Shown here in pieces: positions 1-8,623 of a stretch of DNA of 54,978 bases (positions within the stretch are counted from its first letter, which is position 1; each line of letters opens with the position of its first letter). The stretch is from an uncultured Oscillospiraceae bacterium (GTDB lineage: Bacteria > Bacillota > Clostridia > Oscillospirales > Oscillospiraceae), in assembly GCA_964587485.1 (NCBI GenBank), contig CAZPLL010000001.1, positions 1-54,978 on the forward strand. The letters run 5' to 3'. The translations under genes were made by a program, and so were the position numbers. A model generated the notes under the pieces. It worked only from the letters and a program-made list of their open reading frames with translations, searched no databases and was not told where the DNA came from.

Positions 1-1562
1 TGGATGCGACCCCAGCTAAGCTCGGAGACGTGAACCATGCCGTCGATGCCGCCGATGTCCACAAATGCGCCGTAGCTGGTCAGGGACTTGACAACGCCGT
101 TGTACTTCTTGCCGACCTCGATCTCGTTCCAGATCTTCTCGGTGCGCTCACGGCGCTCGGCCTGTGCGACCTTGCGGATGGAGCCGACAACTCTCTTGCG
201 AGCCTTGTTGACCTCGGTGATCTTGAGCTTGACAGTCTTCTTAATAAGCTGACCCAGCTCTGCCTCTCTGGGCAGATCGGTCTGGGAAGCGGGAACGAAC
301 ACGCGGACGCCCTTGATGTTGACGACGACGCCGCCCTTGTTCTCCTCGGTAACAACGCCTTCCATAACGGTGCCGTCTTCGACTGCGGCCTCAACGTCGT
401 TCCAGATCTTAGCGGAATCAAGGCGCTTCTTGGAAAGCTGTGCGGTACCCTCGACGTCATTGACTCTTACGACAACAGCTTCGATGGTGTCACCGACCTT
501 GACTGCATCCTCAACCTTACCGCCGTCCTCGGTGAACTCGGTGGTGGGGATGAAGCCGGAATACTTGGTACCGAGGTCAAGGCTGACTTCAGTGCCAGTA
601 ATCGCTACAACAGTGCCGGTTACCTTATCTCCATTATATATAGGTTTGAGGGTCTCCTCCAACATTTCGTCAAAGGACATTTCCTTCTCAACTGCGGATT
701 CTTCGATTTTGATCTCGTCACTCATTTTGTTTCTTACCTCCTTAATTATCCACGCGGGGGTGGATGCTCCCGCCGTGAGGCCGACCCGGTCAACAGCCTT
801 AAGCCTGTCCGTATCCAGCTCATCCGCTCGTTCGATAAACTGAACATTATCACAGCTCCCCGCACATATCTGTGCAAGGTGAATACTGTTCGCACTGTGC
901 TTTCCGCCTATGACCACCATCGCGCCGCAACAGGCCGAGAGCCTTGCCGCCTCATCCTGACGCGTGAACGTAGCAGAGCATATTGTATCAGATATTTTTG
1001 TATTTGTACATCTTTTTTTTAGGATATTGCAACATTCGGTAAAATTATTGTGAGTCTGGGTAGTCTGAACGACCATTGTTATCTGTTTTGTCCATATTGC
1101 CGGGTTTTTATCAAGCCAGTCCTCAAGCTCGCCGGCGTTTTCAAACACGGAACACTCCGAACAGCGCCCCCGGATAGCTTCGACCTCCGGATGCATGCGC
1201 ATACCGATGATGATAATATATCTACCGTCCGCGCTGTCTTGCGTCACGATCCTGTGGATGGCCTTTACCCTCGGGCAGGTCGCGTCTGTAATATCCGCCC
1301 CGCGCTCGGCGAGCCTTTGCTCAACGCTCTGTGAGACACCATGGGCGCGAATAAGAACGTGCTCCCCCGGCTCAGCCTCCTCCGGCGTGGAAATAACGCG
1401 CATACCTCTCTCACTCAGTCGGCTGACAACATCCGCGTTATGTACAAGCTCCCCAAGACTCACGCAGGTGCCGAAGCGCTCAAGAAGCCCCTCGGCAAGC
1501 TCTACCGATCTCTGTACTCCAAAGCAGAAGCCGGCGCTTTCCGCCAAAAGAATTTCCTTCAT
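1..1562 (-). CDS. ispH: Bifunctional IspH/LytB (4-hydroxy-3-methylbut-2-enyl diphosphate reductase) fused in frame to ribosomal protein S1 repeats; 3' end runs off the window
   Basis: Absent from the ORF track because there is no stop inside the window. My reverse-strand translation from ATG 1562-1560 gives MKEILLAESAGFCFGVQRSV...VQTTQTHNNF...DTICSATFTRQDEA...GLTAGASTPAWIIKEVRNK. It then continues without a stop into MSDEIKIEES...GVVKSLTSYGAFVDIGGIDGMVHVSELSWGRI (S1/OB motifs). The internal Met at 725-723 is preceded by AAGGAGG. Confidence 0.85.
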   Translation of the reverse strand, partial: MKEILLAESAGFCFGVQRSVELAEGLLERFGTCVSLGELVHNADVVSRLSERGMRVISTPEEAEPGEHVLIRAHGVSQSVEQRLAERGADITDATCPRVKAIHRIVTQDSADGRYIIIIGMRMHPEVEAIRGRCSECSVFENAGELEDWLDKNPAIWTKQITMVVQTTQTHNNFTECCNILKKRCTNTKISDTICSATFTRQDEAARLSACCGAMVVIGGKHSANSIHLAQICAGSCDNVQFIERADELDTDRLKAVDRVGLTAGASTPAWIIKEVRNKMSDEIKIEESAVEKEMSFDEMLEETLKPIYNGDKVTGTVVAITGTEVSLDLGTKYSGFIPTTEFTEDGGKVEDAVKVGDTIEAVVVRVNDVEGTAQLSKKRLDSAKIWNDVEAAVEDGTVMEGVVTEENKGGVVVNIKGVRVFVPASQTDLPREAELGQLIKKTVKLKITEVNKARKRVVGSIRKVAQAERRERTEKIWNEIEVGKKYNGVVKSLTSYGAFVDIGGIDGMVHVSELSWGRI

Positions 1563-1564
1563 TG

Positions 1565-2257
1565 TCAGTGTATGACCTCGATTCCCAGATGCTCGTTTAT
1601 GATTTTGCACATAAGCTCATAGCTCTGCTCAAAATCTATATCGCTGGTATCCATCAGCACGGCGTCGTCGGCTTTTCTCAGCGGAGCAACGGCGCGGTTG
1701 GTATCCTGCTCGTCGCGGTAAATAATATCTCTCAGCACATCGTCAAAGCTACTGTCGACGCCCTTGCCCCTGAACTCAAGCATACGTCGGTTTGCCCTTG
1801 CCTCAGCAGAGGCCGTCAGATATATTTTAAGCTCCGCATCCGGCAAAACGACGGTACCGATGTCGCGTCCGTCCATAATGACATTGTTCTCACGCGCAAG
1901 CTTTCTCTGCATTTCGAGAAGGAACGCGCGAACCGCAGGCAAAGCGGAAACATCCGACGCCGCTATGGATATCTCCGGCGCACGAATTACCTCGGAAACA
2001 TCCTCGCCGTTAAGATACATACGCTGTTCCCCGGCTTCGTTATATCGCATTTCAATGTGAAGCTCCGGAAGAACGGCCGCAACAGCCGCTTCATCACGTC
2101 TGTCAACAGCACGTCTCACCGCCTCAAGGCCTACCGTGCGATAGATCGCGCCGGTATCGACATAGATAAAGCCGAAAGCCTGGGACACTCTTTTTGCAAG
2201 ACTGCTTTTGCCGGCACCCGAGGGTCCGTCAACCGCGATTGAATAAAAACCGTTCAT
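1565..2257 (-). CDS. cmk: Cytidylate kinase
   Basis: 230 aa. P-loop GPSGAGKSS, then IYVDTGAIYR. The stop lies 2 nt before the ispH ATG. Confidence 0.95.
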   Translation of the reverse strand: MNGFYSIAVDGPSGAGKSSLAKRVSQAFGFIYVDTGAIYRTVGLEAVRRAVDRRDEAAVAAVLPELHIEMRYNEAGEQRMYLNGEDVSEVIRAPEISIAASDVSALPAVRAFLLEMQRKLARENNVIMDGRDIGTVVLPDAELKIYLTASAEARANRRMLEFRGKGVDSSFDDVLRDIIYRDEQDTNRAVAPLRKADDAVLMDTSDIDFEQSYELMCKIINEHLGIEVIH

Positions 2258-3501
2258 AAATATTCATCCTTTAACACCGAATTTCCCGCAACATAGCCGG
2301 TTGACCATGCGATTTGCAGGTTAAAGCCGCCTGTATAGCCGTCAAGATCAAGAACCTCTCCGGCAAAATATAAGCCCTGCACCAGCTTCGAGCCCATGGT
2401 GCGCGGGTCTATTTCCTTTGTGCTGACCCCTCCGGCCGTGACGATGGCCTCATCCACAGGGCGCGTACCCGAGACGGAAACCGGGAATGCCTTGAGCAGA
2501 TGCAGGAGTCGCATACGCTGCTCGCGTGTGACAGAGTTTACCTTTGTATTCTCCGGTATGCCCGAGAGCCGAACCAGAACCGGTATCATGGTGTGCCCCG
2601 CAAGGTCGGTAAGAGAGTTCTTGAATTCCTTATTCGAGTACTTTTCAAAGTCCCGCAGGATGCGGGCATCAAGCTTCTTCTCGTCCAACGCTGGCTTGAG
2701 GTCGATCTCGAGCCGATACACGGCTCTGCCGAAATTTCGCATATGCGAGCTTGCCGACAGAACAAGTGGCCCGGACACGCCAAAGTGTGTAAAGAGCATT
2801 TCGCCGAGTTCCTTATAAATAAGCTTCTCATCCTCGAAGGCCGAAAGAGTAACATTTTTCAGTGAAAAGCCCTGCATTTCGGCGCAGTAATCGTCATCAC
2901 TTTCGAGCGGAACAAGGGAGGGCCGCGTCTCGGTAACGGTATGGCCCAGCGCCCGCGCGAAGCGATACCCCGCGCCCGTCGAGCCGGTAAGCGGGTAGGA
3001 AAGGCCGCCGGTACACACGGCGACAGCACGGCAAATTATCGTCCCGTCGTCCGTAACGACCGCTGATACTGCGCCGTCCTCGGTAATTATTTCCCTTGCG
3101 GTAGAGCGAAGCACGGTAACGCCACTTCTCTCGCACAGCCGCGCAAGCAAACCCGCCACGTCGTTCGCGTTATCTGAGACTGGGAACACCCTGTTACCAC
3201 GCTCTGTTTTCATTGGCAGACCGTGCGACTCAAAAAACGCGATTGTGTCTGCCGGGGAAAATCTGTTTAATGCGCTGTACAAAAATCGACCGTCGCCGGG
3301 GATGTTGCGCATAAATTCTCTGATATCGCAATTGTTTGTCACGTTACAGCGTCCCTTGCCGGTGATGCGAAGCTTGCGTCCAAGCTGTCTGTTCGGGTCG
3401 ATAAGCACCACATCGATCCCGCGTTTAGCCGCATTATACGCGCACATCGTCCCGGCCGCACCGCCGCCGATGACCACAAGTTCAGTTCGTTCAGATATCA
3501 T
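2254..3501 (-). CDS. NAD(P)/FAD-dependent oxidoreductase, HI0933/YhiN-type flavoprotein
   Basis: 415 aa. N-terminal VIGGGAAG dinucleotide fold and the TGKGRCNVTN motif typical of this family. 4-nt ATGA overlap with cmk. Confidence 0.8.
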   Translation of the reverse strand: MISERTELVVIGGGAAGTMCAYNAAKRGIDVVLIDPNRQLGRKLRITGKGRCNVTNNCDIREFMRNIPGDGRFLYSALNRFSPADTIAFFESHGLPMKTERGNRVFPVSDNANDVAGLLARLCERSGVTVLRSTAREIITEDGAVSAVVTDDGTIICRAVAVCTGGLSYPLTGSTGAGYRFARALGHTVTETRPSLVPLESDDDYCAEMQGFSLKNVTLSAFEDEKLIYKELGEMLFTHFGVSGPLVLSASSHMRNFGRAVYRLEIDLKPALDEKKLDARILRDFEKYSNKEFKNSLTDLAGHTMIPVLVRLSGIPENTKVNSVTREQRMRLLHLLKAFPVSVSGTRPVDEAIVTAGGVSTKEIDPRTMGSKLVQGLYFAGEVLDLDGYTGGFNLQIAWSTGYVAGNSVLKDEYL

Positions 3502-4243
3502 TTTTATCTCCGCTTTTCATAATTTCCGTAAGCCTTGAACAAAGTGCATCAATGAACATCACCGCAGCCGGTACACTGCCAAGGCGGAGAATCGTGCCGT
3601 TTGTGTGAACGCTCGCCGGAGGCTCTCCTATAACGAGCCGTTCAACATATGTACCACGCTCCTTTGCCGCGGAGATGTTTTGTTCGCGCTCTCCCTCCTC
3701 CGTACAGAGCTCAAACAAAACATCTCCCGCTCCGAGCTGGCAAACAGCCCCGGACGCCTCTGAGGCATGAAGCGCAAGAACTCCCGCGCGAAGCTCACGA
3801 AGAGATGATGCCGCGTAGCTTGCAAGTGCATAGATTTTTCCGTAGCCCGTTATATAGATGTTGTTTGCTGTATATATCACATCACATAGAGCATCAAACT
3901 CTGTCTCAAGCGCGGCGTTATTAAACTCCGTAAGCGACTGCTGTGTTTTCACGATCGCTTGCCGAAGGACGGAGGTATGCTCGGCTTCCCGATAAAGCTC
4001 GCGGCTCTCTATTTTTTTACGCAATACTCCCTGCAATGCCTGACGCAGTCCGGAAAAGCTGTCGAAGCCGAGCTCTGACGCGAAGCGTATCACCGTAGAT
4101 TCGCTTACATTAGCCGCCTCGGCAAGACGTTCCGCCGTCATGAACGCCGCCGTATCGAAATTTTCGCGTATGTAGTCGGCAACCTTTTTCTGGCATTTGG
4201 AAAGAGAGCTCATGTCGCCGAGCATGATATAAAAATCTTCCAT
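3491..4243 (-). CDS. MurR/RpiR-family transcriptional regulator (HTH + SIS-like domain)
   Basis: N-terminal HTH region (CQKKVADYIRENF...ESTVIRFASELGF) with a SIS-like C-terminal half. The track ORF begins at 4291, but ATG 4243 has an AGGGGTG SD and a TAATG overlap with the rluB stop, so I prefer it. Confidence 0.75.
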   Translation of the reverse strand: MEDFYIMLGDMSSLSKCQKKVADYIRENFDTAAFMTAERLAEAANVSESTVIRFASELGFDSFSGLRQALQGVLRKKIESRELYREAEHTSVLRQAIVKTQQSLTEFNNAALETEFDALCDVIYTANNIYITGYGKIYALASYAASSLRELRAGVLALHASEASGAVCQLGAGDVLFELCTEEGEREQNISAAKERGTYVERLVIGEPPASVHTNGTILRLGSVPAAVMFIDALCSRLTEIMKSGDKNDI

Positions 4244-4950
4244 TAAACACCCCTGAGCATATTGATCTCCGAACCGGTAAGGTGTCTCCATGCTCCGGGC
4301 TTCAATTCTCCAAGCTCAAGGCCACCCTCACTTATACGTACAAGCTTTGTCACTTTCAGCCCGACAAGCTCACACATTCTGCGAACCTGACGGTTTCTCC
4401 CCTCGTGAATACTGATGTCGAGAACGGCATGCTCACCGCGATAATCAATGATATCGACCTCAGCAGGGCTGAGAACATATCCGTCAAGCTCCAGAGGTTC
4501 GCGAAGCAGTTCCACGGCAAGGCCTATATCCTCGCCCGTGACATAAGTCCGATAGGTCTTTACCACCTCGTGCGACGGATGCATGAGCGTATTTGCAAGC
4601 TCTCCGTCATTGGTGAGGATAAGAAGTCCCTCGGAATACATATCAAGCCGCCCGACAGGGTACACCCGCTCTCCAACATCGACAAGCTCGCATACATTCT
4701 TTCTCCCTTTTTCGTCGCTGAGCGTCGTAACGTATCCTTTGGGCTTATTCAGCATTATGTATATCTTTTCCGCGGAGGGCGGCAGTTCACTGCCGTCAAC
4801 GAGAATAGTGTCGGTATCAACGTCGGCTTTATCGCCGAGTTGAGCCGTATGCCCGTTCACAGTTACCCGTCCCGCGGAAATATACTCCTCCGCCCTGCGC
4901 CGTGACATAAGTCCCGAGGCGGAAATTATCTTTTGTAATCTTTCTTCCAT
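4243..4950 (-). CDS. rluB: Pseudouridine synthase, RsuA/RluB family (S4 domain + catalytic domain)
   Basis: 235 aa. The S4-like N-terminus is RLQKIISASGLMSRRRAEEYI. It also has the LNKPKGYVTT and GRLDMYSEGLLILTNDG (catalytic Asp) motifs. Confidence 0.85.
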   Translation of the reverse strand: MEERLQKIISASGLMSRRRAEEYISAGRVTVNGHTAQLGDKADVDTDTILVDGSELPPSAEKIYIMLNKPKGYVTTLSDEKGRKNVCELVDVGERVYPVGRLDMYSEGLLILTNDGELANTLMHPSHEVVKTYRTYVTGEDIGLAVELLREPLELDGYVLSPAEVDIIDYRGEHAVLDISIHEGRNRQVRRMCELVGLKVTKLVRISEGGLELGELKPGAWRHLTGSEINMLRGV

Positions 4951-4976
4951 TGTCTGTCATTTCCCGTCGGCTGTGC

Positions 4977-6035
4977 TCATTCCGCCACACCGACGTTTTT
5001 TTCATATATGAGGCGCGATTCCGCGCAAAGCTCATCCCCACAGTAAACCTGCACGACTCCGGCACGCTCACCCTTGAGAACAGGCGCGATGACAAAACGC
5101 GGCAGAAGCGCCGTCACGGTGAGCTCCGCATCCCGCCGAACAAATACGGTAAGCTTTTTCTCGGGCACGGCGTGAACCGTTTCCTCCGCGCCCCCTGCCA
5201 CGGTCACATCAAAAAGCGCGATGTCGGTCATATCCCTGTCACTATACTCCGAAAATGCCCATTCGTAAAGAGCTTTATGATCGTTCCAGTCATCCGGTGC
5301 TGAAAGAGTTACGCACACAAATCGCGTACCCTCGCGCTCGGCACAGCTTACGAGACAGCGCCCTGCCGCCACGGTATACCCGGTCTTTCCGCCGATACAG
5401 CCCGGAAGGATATAAAGCAGCTTATTGTGGTTCAGATAAACGATATCATCCACCGCGAAGCTGCGCCGTGAGATCATATCGGAAAAGGTTTCGTTATCCA
5501 TGCAGGAGATCATCAGCTTCGCCATATCCCGCGCAGTGGAATAATGCCCCTCCGCATTCAGCCCGTGCGGATTTACAAAATGAGAACCGTCCATACCAAG
5601 CTCCACGGCCTTATCGTTCATCAGCGCCGCGAATGCTTCAACACTCCCCGCCGTATGGATCGCAAGTGCCATAGCCGCATCGTTGCCGGAGACGAGCAGT
5701 AGCCCGAGAAGAAGCTTCTCCACGGTGATTTTCTGTCCGAGCTTCAGATACATCGAGGAGCCCTCAACGCCGACGCTCTCCGCGCCTATCTCGACCTCGT
5801 CGTCGAGGGCGCAGTTCTCGATCACCACGATAGCGGTCATCAGCTTTGTCGTGCTGGCGATGAGCGATTTTCTGTCGATATTCTTTTCATATACTATCTC
5901 TCCGCCGTCGTGCATGACTATAGCACAATCCGCGCTCACATTGGGGATTCCCGCCGCCTCCGCCATCGGACAGCGTGCGGTCAGAAAAAGCGCGGTAAGG
6001 GCAAAAGCCGTAAGTCTCTTAATAATAAGCACCAC
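4977..6035 (-). CDS. Serine-type D-alanyl-D-alanine carboxypeptidase (DacB/DacF-type PBP5 family)
   Basis: 352 aa. Signal-peptide-like N-terminus and the SxxK (STTKLMT), SxN (SGND) and KTG (GKTGYT) motifs. Begins with tandem GTG GTG codons. Confidence 0.85.
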   Translation of the reverse strand: MVLIIKRLTAFALTALFLTARCPMAEAAGIPNVSADCAIVMHDGGEIVYEKNIDRKSLIASTTKLMTAIVVIENCALDDEVEIGAESVGVEGSSMYLKLGQKITVEKLLLGLLLVSGNDAAMALAIHTAGSVEAFAALMNDKAVELGMDGSHFVNPHGLNAEGHYSTARDMAKLMISCMDNETFSDMISRRSFAVDDIVYLNHNKLLYILPGCIGGKTGYTVAAGRCLVSCAEREGTRFVCVTLSAPDDWNDHKALYEWAFSEYSDRDMTDIALFDVTVAGGAEETVHAVPEKKLTVFVRRDAELTVTALLPRFVIAPVLKGERAGVVQVYCGDELCAESRLIYEKNVGVAE

Positions 6036-6064
6036 CCTTGTTTATATGGGTAGTGCTTATTATT
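6021..6064 (-). promoter_or_regulatory. 17-bp stem-loop between ytfJ and the carboxypeptidase gene; the 3' arm contains the GTG GTG start codons
   Basis: Minus-strand RNA is AAUAAUAAGCACUACCC-AUAUAAACAA-GGGUGGUGCUUAUUAUU. There are 17 consecutive pairs (one G-U) and a 10-nt loop. No U-tract follows. Confidence 0.5.
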
Positions 6065-6084
6065 GGCAATATCGCAGTTTTTTA

Positions 6085-6462
6085 TTACTTCTTCTGCTTT
6101 TCGATAAAATTGTCAACTCTGTCCATGACCTGAGGAACGAGGTCAATGATGCGGTCAACGGTGTTGCTGGCGGGAGGCGTTACGTTAATCATTCTGACCG
6201 TGCCTTCCTTAATGACGAGGAAGCCGATAGGGTCGATTTTGACTGCGGTAGCGTTGCCGCCGCCGTAGGGTCTGTCGCCGGCCTTCTTGCTGTTGAACTC
6301 GACTCCGCCACCGCCGAAGCCAACGCTGACCTTGGAGATGGGAACGAGAGTGATGCCATCGGGAGTATAGATGGGATCACCGACAACGGTGTCGACCTTG
6401 AGAATGTTTCTGACACTCTCCATAGTATTGTTCATAAGTTCGCCGATAGGATTATTTTCCAT
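6085..6462 (-). CDS. ytfJ: Sporulation protein YtfJ (GerW family)
   Basis: 125 aa. DTVVGDPIYTPDGITLVPISKVSVGFGGGG is typical of YtfJ/GerW. Confidence 0.85.
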   Translation of the reverse strand: MENNPIGELMNNTMESVRNILKVDTVVGDPIYTPDGITLVPISKVSVGFGGGGVEFNSKKAGDRPYGGGNATAVKIDPIGFLVIKEGTVRMINVTPPASNTVDRIIDLVPQVMDRVDNFIEKQKK

Positions 6463-6463
6463 T

Positions 6464-7207
6464 TTATTCTATCCTTTCCTCATCCTGTATATTTTCTTCT
6501 TTTGTTTTTTCTATTTCAATGACCGTGTCATCATCGACAGTTTTGTTTTTCTTTGCGCGTCGTTCTTCGGCGGCGAGTCTGAATTTGTTCTTAATAAGTA
6601 TACCCAGCGCACCGAAAAGAATAATATTCACGCCGTGGAGTATCTGTCCCAGACGTATCGTGATCGCAACGCCGACGTCAAGCTGCATCTGTTCGCGGTT
6701 AAAATCAATGTCCGTCCAGACATCGGTATCCCTGCATCTGTATTTTTTCGCACATATTGGCGCAAGCACGGACAACGCCGCATTCACATAGTTATACGTC
6801 ATTGCGGTATTATACGGATCGTCCCCGGCGGCCACATAATGAAGCATAAAGCGGTCAACATGGATGGTGAAGATCCTTCCAAGCCCCTTGAAAAGCTTCT
6901 TGAGCAGCGCCATGATCTCATCAAAGGTGAAGTTCAGCTTCAGCTTTTTCTTCGGCTGAGGCTCACCCTCGGGCTTTTCCTTTTTCTTTTCTTTCGGCTT
7001 TTTCTTCTTTATGCGTTTGGGCTTTTTTTCTTTGGGCGGTGCATCCGTATCCGAGGGCTCTTTAGGGAAAATCTTTATAAGGAACTTCCACAGCTTTGCA
7101 CTGACGCGAAGCTCGCCGCCCTCATAATTGATATCCGCGCCGATGGGGACAACGAGTATCAAAACGATGATGCCGATTATTACCCCTAAAATTATTCGTC
7201 CAACCAA
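6464..7207 (-). CDS. DUF2953/YtfI-like membrane protein with Lys-rich linker
   Basis: 247 aa. N-terminal TM helix followed by a KEKKPKRIKKKKPKEKKKEKPE linker. The assignment rests mainly on its position directly upstream of ytfJ, as with B. subtilis ytfI-ytfJ. TTG start. Confidence 0.55.
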   Translation of the reverse strand: MVGRIILGVIIGIIVLILVVPIGADINYEGGELRVSAKLWKFLIKIFPKEPSDTDAPPKEKKPKRIKKKKPKEKKKEKPEGEPQPKKKLKLNFTFDEIMALLKKLFKGLGRIFTIHVDRFMLHYVAAGDDPYNTAMTYNYVNAALSVLAPICAKKYRCRDTDVWTDIDFNREQMQLDVGVAITIRLGQILHGVNIILFGALGILIKNKFRLAAEERRAKKNKTVDDDTVIEIEKTKEENIQDEERIE

Positions 7208-7212
7208 TTACA

Positions 7213-7827
7213 TCACTCCCCGTGACTTAATCCTGTGATCTCGCTCATGGTCATCTGGTCTTTATTAACACTGTTTTGCAGTTCGTCGATCTCGTTCTGA
7301 AGCTTCTCTATGCCCTCGGTACTGCTCATATCGGGTAACTGCGGCAGGTCGGAAAGCTTCTCAATGCCCATGGTTCGCAGAAATACATCCGTCGTGCGAA
7401 AGAGCGACGGCCTGCCCGGTACGTCCAGTCTGCCGCAGGTCTCAATAAGTCCGCGCTCGGAAAGGACTCCCACCGTATATGAGCTATCCACCCCGCGCAC
7501 CTGGTCGATATATGCCCGGGTAACGGGCTGAAAATATGCAACCACGGCAAGCGTCTCCAGCGCGGGCTGTGAAAGCATCGGCGGCTTTCGCTGTTCAAGT
7601 GTGCGTGATATATACGGAGCGTATTCGGGAGCAGAACACATTTGAAGTCTGTCGTCAAGACGAAGTATGCGCATACCGCGCCCTTCCCTCTCGTATTTTT
7701 CGGCCAGCTCGCGCGCGACAAGGACGACCTCGTCCTCCGGCGTGCTCAGGATAAGCGAGAGTCTGTCTATCGGAACGCTGTCCCCTGCTGCAAAAAGTAT
7801 AGCTTCTATTGCTGAAGAAATATCCAT
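7213..7827 (-). CDS. scpB: Segregation and condensation protein B
   Basis: Carries AIEAILFAAGDSVP, LETLAVVAYFQPVTRAYIDQVRGV and GRPSLFRTT. The internal ATG at 7827 is preferred because it gives the typical N-terminus MDISSAIEAILF; the track ORF starts at 7863. Confidence 0.9.
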   Translation of the reverse strand: MDISSAIEAILFAAGDSVPIDRLSLILSTPEDEVVLVARELAEKYEREGRGMRILRLDDRLQMCSAPEYAPYISRTLEQRKPPMLSQPALETLAVVAYFQPVTRAYIDQVRGVDSSYTVGVLSERGLIETCGRLDVPGRPSLFRTTDVFLRTMGIEKLSDLPQLPDMSSTEGIEKLQNEIDELQNSVNKDQMTMSEITGLSHGE

Positions 7828-7834
7828 TATGCTT

Positions 7835-8617
7835 TCACTCAACGATCTTTTCGATAATCTCATCGACGTTTCCGCCGACGAAGGAAACGCCGTAGTCTCC
7901 GTCGCGCCGTTCTATCATTACACTGCCCATACTGCACAGCTCGAGGATAGAGACGAAGGTGGCGATGACCTCGCTCCTTGATGCGCACTCGAGATACAGC
8001 TCACGCAGTGTCACGCTCCCGCTTCTGAGGACGGAGAGTATCTGACGGCTCTTATCGCGCACGGAGTAAATGATCCTGTGCGGCATTGCCGAGGTCACGG
8101 CATCGGTATTGACGGTCTTGCCTCCACGGGAATAAATGCCGTAGAGCGCCTTCAGAAGATCAACGGGTTCATGACGGTAGTTATATTCCCTGTGCTCCTG
8201 TGGAAGCGGCTCGGGAAGCTTTGCGTAATAGAGCATACCCAATTCGGAGGCTTTTTTAAGCTCAGGTATGACCTTTTGTATTGCGGCCTGAATGTCCTTG
8301 CACCGAAGCTGTTCGAGTGAGGCAATGAGAACCTCAAGCTCGGATACCTCCTCCCCGCCGGAGAGAAGTGTCTGAGTCTTGATATAAAGCAGATGTGACG
8401 CCATCTGGACAAACTCGCTTGCAATCTCAAGATCCATGCTCTGCATTCCGGAAAGATACTCGAGATACTGGTCAAGGATATCAGCGATCTTTATGTCGCG
8501 TATCTCTATTTTATTTTTCTGCAAAAGCATGAGAATAAGACTGAGCGGCCCTTCAAAGTCCTGAAGCTCGTTCTTTTCCCTGACAATGCCCTCAAGAAAA
8601 AAGCTTGGATTTTCCAT
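7835..8617 (-). CDS. scpA: Segregation and condensation protein A
   Basis: 260 aa. FEGPLSLILMLLQKNKIEIRDIKIADI is the typical ScpA N-terminus. Lies adjacent to scpB. Confidence 0.9.
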   Translation of the reverse strand: MENPSFFLEGIVREKNELQDFEGPLSLILMLLQKNKIEIRDIKIADILDQYLEYLSGMQSMDLEIASEFVQMASHLLYIKTQTLLSGGEEVSELEVLIASLEQLRCKDIQAAIQKVIPELKKASELGMLYYAKLPEPLPQEHREYNYRHEPVDLLKALYGIYSRGGKTVNTDAVTSAMPHRIIYSVRDKSRQILSVLRSGSVTLRELYLECASRSEVIATFVSILELCSMGSVMIERRDGDYGVSFVGGNVDEIIEKIVE

Positions 8618-8623
8618 TTTAAC

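Noticed and set aside
1011-1020. A8/T8 homopolymer inside ispH as a possible frameshift or phase-variation site
   Set aside because: With the run as given, the frame reads through cleanly (NILKKRCTNTKISDTICSATF, conserved IspH sequence), so there is no evidence of a frameshift.
30-1022. 330-aa plus-strand ORF, plus the 313-843, 1050-1334, 1195-1575 and 1341-1622 ORFs, at the left edge
   Set aside because: All are antisense to the continuous IspH-S1 frame, which shows unmistakable LytB and S1 motifs. The plus-strand products are low-complexity Asp/Leu/Gly-rich sequence.
6938-7039. Short-period purine/pyrimidine-rich repeat-like DNA (CTTTTTCTTT...)
   Set aside because: I considered it as a tandem repeat or CRISPR-like element. 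It is the coding sequence of a Lys/Glu/Pro-rich linker (PPKEKKPKRIKKKKPKEKKKEKPEGEPQPKKKLK) in the YtfI-like protein. It has no regular repeat unit or spacers.
5683-7189. Plus-strand ORFs of 279 aa (5683-6522) and 272 aa (6371-7189)
   Set aside because: They lie opposite the dac, ytfJ and ytfI genes and have no SD or motifs. The Phe/Leu-rich stretch is simply the complement of the Lys-rich AAG/AAA run in ytfI.
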